NCBI GenBank assembly: GCA_041736305.1
Contig: JBGSTX010000216.1
Location: 1-18,932, forward strand
DNA length: 18,932 bases
Source of the DNA: Oligoflexus sp.
Lineage (GTDB): Bacteria > Bdellovibrionota_B > Oligoflexia > Oligoflexales > Oligoflexaceae
Direction: 5' to 3'
A program made the position numbers and the translations under genes. The notes beneath the pieces were generated by a model. The model had not been told where the DNA came from. It worked only from the letters and a program-made list of their open reading frames with translations, and did not search any database. The first letter of the stretch is position 1; each line of letters opens with the position of its first letter. Positions 15,079-18,932 of the stretch are shown here, piece by piece.

Positions 15079-15456
15079 TTGCTTGAGAAAAATATTGAGA
15101 CTTACTATTTTTCTCTCCTAGCGCTCTATACCCTCTTCGGGTTCTACGGAACTTTGTGGATTTCCGATGAGTTTGATGCGGAGCGTGCGATCTTTTACGC
15201 TTTCTTCGCTGTTCCTCTTGCACTCTATGTTTTTGTACGCCGCATCCGCCAGCCCAAATGGTCTGAGGATAGACCCGAGAGCTACTGGTGCGGCGTCGTC
15301 CTCATCTTGCTGACCTTTGGCTGGGGAAACTTTCTGCTGATGAATGCGATTTCTAGTCATGAAAAAGCCGTCGTCAACATTACGTTGAACAACGGCGTTT
15401 ATGCCATGACCCACCAGCGCGGTGGATTCAATTGGCTCTACAAACCTCGCTGGTAA
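15079..15456 (+). CDS. Small integral membrane protein (about 3 TM segments)
   Basis: Three hydrophobic segments. TTG 15079 follows a GGGAG RBS overlapping the end of the previous gene; the track start is 15049. Confidence 0.7.
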   Translation: MLEKNIETYYFSLLALYTLFGFYGTLWISDEFDAERAIFYAFFAVPLALYVFVRRIRQPKWSEDRPESYWCGVVLILLTFGWGNFLLMNAISSHEKAVVNITLNNGVYAMTHQRGGFNWLYKPRW

Positions 15457-15789
15457 TCAATCCGCGAGCGGGAGCAGAAGCAGAGTCTCCGCGGAATCGA
15501 CCAGACAATCACCCTTCATTTTAACGAAGAGATACCGTCCGCTGATGAAGATTTCGATAGCTTCGCCTCGCTGATAAGAGAGGCGTGCCGCGAGGCGACG
15601 ATAAGTGGAATAGGGAATTTCTAGCGTACTAATTTCCCTGTGAAGATCAAAGCCAGGTCTTGCCGTTCCGCCGATAGCTATAATACCAGCCGAAGCGCTA
15701 CCGCTCAAAGATGCCAGACTAAACATGCCGAGCACGAAGCTGGGAGCGAGAGGAATTCTGCGCATACAAAGCGTCCTTATGGTTGCCAT
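15457..15789 (-). CDS. Small secreted hypothetical protein
   Basis: Signal peptide ending ASA, then mature GIIAIGGT. Begins 8 nt after the stop of the upstream regulator. Confidence 0.6.
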   Translation of the reverse strand: MATIRTLCMRRIPLAPSFVLGMFSLASLSGSASAGIIAIGGTARPGFDLHREISTLEIPYSTYRRLAARLSYQRGEAIEIFISGRYLFVKMKGDCLVDSAETLLLLPLAD

Positions 15790-15797
15790 CCCAATGA

Positions 15798-16517
15798 TTA
15801 ATCAAGAGAGCTAGAAGCTAAAACACTATAAAAGAGTCTGTCTCCGAGATAGTCGGGATCCGTGTAAATTTCCACTAGTTTCTTGCGGCACTCCAGCAAA
15901 GCGAGACTCGCAGCTTCAACGCCACTGGAATTGAGACGCTCGGAGAAAAGGCCGTAGGTACTTCCCGGCTCGTTAATTCTCTCACGGTCGAACAACTGTA
16001 TAGCCAAACTCATCTGGTGGAGTACGGCTTCTATGCTGGTGAGACTCATATTGCTGCACTTGGATTGCACGCGTTCGCCGTTGATTTCGATCAGGTCCGC
16101 TGCAGTCAGTCGCGTCAGTGAGCGTTCAGCGGCTTCCCCTAACTTTTCCCGTATACGCTGTCTAGTAGTGCCTTTGTTACCAGCTGCCATGTGGAAGATA
16201 ATAAAATCTTCTTTGGTGAAGGATTCGGCTATACCTGAGACGTTGAGGAGCTGATATCCATTGTCGTCTTGTCGACGGAAGAGAGGAGCGAAATCAGGGA
16301 AGTGGCGGCAGAGAAATTCGGTGGCATGCTTCTGATCAAGGATGACCGATACGACTTGCATAACGGTTTCAAGGTTAGGACTGAACTCTGCTTGCATGAT
16401 ACGGCGCAGGGTTGGATAGGAAACGCTACTGAGACGACTCAAAACGCTGAGATTCCCATTGCGCCGCTGGCTCATCCACTGTTCAATTTCTCGCTGGAGT
16501 TCTATGACCAAGGTCAT
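15798..16517 (-). CDS. HTH transcriptional regulator (XRE-like N-terminal HTH, central winged-helix, C-terminal domain)
   Basis: NLSVLSRLSSVSYPTLRRIMQAEFSPNLETV is an XRE-type HTH; TTRQRIREKLG...LTRLTAADLI is wHTH-like. Start moved to ATG 16517 (GGAGG RBS). Confidence 0.72.
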   Translation of the reverse strand: MTLVIELQREIEQWMSQRRNGNLSVLSRLSSVSYPTLRRIMQAEFSPNLETVMQVVSVILDQKHATEFLCRHFPDFAPLFRRQDDNGYQLLNVSGIAESFTKEDFIIFHMAAGNKGTTRQRIREKLGEAAERSLTRLTAADLIEINGERVQSKCSNMSLTSIEAVLHQMSLAIQLFDRERINEPGSTYGLFSERLNSSGVEAASLALLECRKKLVEIYTDPDYLGDRLFYSVLASSSLD

Positions 16518-16710
16518 GGACAGGTCCTCCGTATCCCCTTCGTACCCTGTCCTCATACTCAAGCTGAACATTCTTTGCAAGCCTTCTTAGCCGAGTAGCA
16601 GCTTGCATTTGCTGGCTGAGCTAGGGGCTGCGAAAGGCTTTTTGCTTTGCATGAGCGAGTCTCGAGGTTTAGGCTCAAATTAACGTGAATTTCTAAGACG
16701 GAGGCCTACG

Positions 16711-16896
16711 ATGTTACTGTTCTCGCAAACTCGACTCACGGCCATTTCAGCGGATGCCTATCCTGGTCAACCGAGACCGGAAACCCCTCAACCCATCCCG
16801 TTGTACCCAAGTCCGGTTCCGTCACCGACTCATCCCGAACCTGAGCCTCCCCTGCCCGATCCTTATCCAGCTCCTATTCCTCAACCACTGATTTGA
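16711..16896 (+). CDS. Proline-rich microprotein (61 aa)
   Basis: GGAGG RBS 6 nt before the ATG; Pro-rich sequence in an otherwise empty interval; 3' end overlaps the convergent pepA by 23 nt. Confidence 0.55.
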   Translation: MLLFSQTRLTAISADAYPGQPRPETPQPIPLYPSPVPSPTHPEPEPPLPDPYPAPIPQPLI

Positions 16897-18460
16897 AAAG
16901 GTCCTTCAGGAGGTGCGTTGCAAAACGCACCCCGAACCCGGTGACTTCGGTATCGATATGCGCCAGCCCTCCCGCGTTCTCTGCAGCCGATAGATCGAGG
17001 TGAATCCAAGGAATCTCTTTGGGCACAAATTCGGAGAGAAAAAGAGCTGCTTCGATATGGTCGACGCCACCTGTCAGACGGCATTGCTTGATGTCGGCAA
17101 TATCGGATTTCAAACATTCGGCGAAGTCGGCATCCATAGGGAAAGGCCAGACGCGTTCGCCAGAGGCTCTACCAGCTTCGATGATGCGACTGTGATAAGC
17201 GCTGCGATTGCTAAAGGCCCCTGCATAGAGCGTGCTGATAGCTGCCACACAAGCTCCGGTAAGTGTCGCGAAATCCATGATGAGATCGGGCTTCTCCTCG
17301 GCCGCCAGATGCAGGGTATCGGCGAGTATCATGCGTCCTTCGGCATCGGTGTGCACGATTTCGATCGTCTTGCCATTTAAAGCGGTGATGACATCGTTTT
17401 GTCGATAAGCGGTCGGTCCCGTCGCATTTTCAACTATCGCCAGATAAGCCGTGACGCGAAACGGCCATTTTTCTCGCGCCGCAAGACTGATCAGCGCGAA
17501 GGCCAGAGCCGATCCTGCCATATCTCGATGCATGCCCCACATGTACTGTGCAGACTTGAGATTGGTACCACCGGTATCGAAGGTCACGCCCTTACCGACC
17601 AGACAAAGGTGTTTTTGAGTCTGGACTTTCGTAGCCGCTCCTTTCTTCTTCGGTGCCGGGTCATAGCTGAGTTTGATAATGCCCGCATCTTCATGGGCGG
17701 CACCCTGAGCTACGGCGAGGAATGCGCCCGCTGCCATCGACTCGAGCTTTTTCTGAGAATAGAATTCAAAACCGAGCCCCTCGTCGGCTGCTGCATCCTT
17801 GATGATCTTCGTATAACGCTTAGGGGTGAGATCATTGCCCGCTTGCATCACGAGGAAGCGCACCTGGTTGCCAGCGATGGCGCTGAGTTCAGCTGACTTT
17901 GCTAGGGCTTCGGCCCGCGCGCTGTTTACGGTCGGTGCCAGAGCGAATTCAACCTGTGGCGAATAGAGCTCTTTTTTCGGGCCGCTCTGGCTTTTGCCTT
18001 TCTCTTTATCTTTTTCCTCGCGACCGTATCGTGGAGCCTTGAACAAGAGAGACTGCATCGCTGCGGTCAGAGCGTCGATCAGAAGGAGAGCTCGATCAGC
18101 TGGCAGGAAAGAGAGATCGACGAGAATTTTGCGACAGCGAAAATCTTTCAGAGGTTTGAGTATGCTCCGGGCCAGACCGAGGATCTGAAAAGTTTCTTGC
18201 TCTGGACCGATGAGTCCAACAGCCCAACGTTGCCGAGGCTGGCGGTCGAAAATCAGGGTCTTACCGGCTTCGGGACTCAGCTCGAGTCGCTGTGCAAATT
18301 CGACGATGAGCTCGCGATCATCCTGGGCAAACTGACTTGGAATAAGGTCCGTCCATCTTTTCTGCCCCACGTCCACCTTGAAGAAGAAAATTTGCGCGTC
18401 GTAAGTCTCTCTAGTCTCAAGCCCTTGCGTATGGCGCACTTGGAACAAACCTTTTGACAT
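16874..18460 (-). CDS. pepA: Leucyl aminopeptidase, family M17
   Basis: VGKGVTFDTGG, DMAGSA, HTDAEGRMILAD, DFATLTGAC and WIHLD. ATG 18460 has an AAAGGA RBS; the track start is 18496. Confidence 0.93.
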   Translation of the reverse strand: MSKGLFQVRHTQGLETRETYDAQIFFFKVDVGQKRWTDLIPSQFAQDDRELIVEFAQRLELSPEAGKTLIFDRQPRQRWAVGLIGPEQETFQILGLARSILKPLKDFRCRKILVDLSFLPADRALLLIDALTAAMQSLLFKAPRYGREEKDKEKGKSQSGPKKELYSPQVEFALAPTVNSARAEALAKSAELSAIAGNQVRFLVMQAGNDLTPKRYTKIIKDAAADEGLGFEFYSQKKLESMAAGAFLAVAQGAAHEDAGIIKLSYDPAPKKKGAATKVQTQKHLCLVGKGVTFDTGGTNLKSAQYMWGMHRDMAGSALAFALISLAAREKWPFRVTAYLAIVENATGPTAYRQNDVITALNGKTIEIVHTDAEGRMILADTLHLAAEEKPDLIMDFATLTGACVAAISTLYAGAFSNRSAYHSRIIEAGRASGERVWPFPMDADFAECLKSDIADIKQCRLTGGVDHIEAALFLSEFVPKEIPWIHLDLSAAENAGGLAHIDTEVTGFGVRFATHLLKDLFKSVVEE

Positions 18461-18547
18461 GATAAATCCTTTGCTTTTCATAGGCGCTGTCGCCATCTTG
18501 GTCTATACTGCGGTGCGTGCCAACCGATTTCCGAACCGAGGCTCCTC

Positions 18548-18932
18548 ATGGATCGTCCACTCCGCTCGTTACGCAACGAGCTCATGCAAGCCCCCAAACC
18601 CAGCAGCGAGGTCGACCTCGGCTGCGCCCTTGAAATCAAGTCTTCTTGCTGCGATGGAATTGGCTTCCGGCTGCAAGCCCAAGGATCTTTGACTCATGCC
18701 AGCCTTTGCTCTTGCGTGCAAGAGTGCCAGAGCTGCTTTGGGCAAAATCGGCGTCTCGTCAACGGACAGGCTAAGACCTGTCGCACACCGGCTCCTTCGC
18801 GCGTCGTCAATCTCATCAACAATGCCTGTTTACCCGCCCGCTATTGCTCTGCCAAGCTCGATTCTTTCAGCAACTTCAGCGGCAACGGGCGTGAAGTTGT
18901 GCAGCGAGTCTGGCACTGGATGCGGGACTTCA
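18548..18932 (+). CDS. DnaC/IstB-like ATP-binding protein (helicase-loader family), N-terminal part; runs off the 3' edge
   Basis: Open frame not in the track: MDRPLRS...CCDGIGF...LCSCVQECQSCFG...NACLPARYCSAKLDSF. This is a Cys-rich Zn region plus the A.lP.RY..a.l..F motif that precedes the DnaC-type AAA+ domain. The Walker motifs lie outside the window. Confidence 0.65.
   Translation, partial: MDRPLRSLRNELMQAPKPSSEVDLGCALEIKSSCCDGIGFRLQAQGSLTHASLCSCVQECQSCFGQNRRLVNGQAKTCRTPAPSRVVNLINNACLPARYCSAKLDSFSNFSGNGREVVQRVWHWMRDF

Noticed and set aside
17000-18692. Plus-strand ORFs antisense to pepA, and ORF 18459-18692
   Set aside because: Shadow ORFs; the real gene at the right edge is in another frame starting at 18548.
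1-18932. Mobile element, prophage or defence island
   Set aside because: No integrase, transposase, phage structural or recognisable defence genes, and no obvious compositional break.

Overview
An 18.9 kb bacterial chromosomal window, mostly housekeeping genes interleaved with lineage-specific exported proteins. The gene style suggests Bdellovibrionota/Oligoflexia, but this is an inference only. From left to right it holds: the 3' end of uvrA; glpX; an exported agmatine/peptidylarginine deiminase lipoprotein; a YHS/TRASH-like metal-binding protein; a CX4CH cytochrome c fused to a PQQ sorbosone/sugar dehydrogenase; a CxxCH lipoprotein; an EF-hand lipoprotein; a NifA-like sigma54 activator; two small proteins; an outer-membrane beta-barrel; a GT4 glycosyltransferase; a highly diverged flagellin-like protein; alpha2-type glycyl-tRNA ligase; several hypotheticals; an HTH regulator with a small secreted partner; a Pro-rich microprotein; pepA; and the 5' end of a DnaC/IstB-like ATPase missing from the ORF track. 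I saw no rRNA, tRNA, CRISPR array or transposase. The most notable signals are: (1) the cryptic flagellin paralog behind a sigma28-like promoter; (2) up to four FliA/sigma28-like promoters in front of non-canonical genes; (3) five CCTACA-N4-TGTA-like boxes upstream of the NifA-like gene; (4) a sigma54-type promoter layout followed by a structured leader in front of the heme lipoprotein; and (5) the regulator plus secreted-protein pair.
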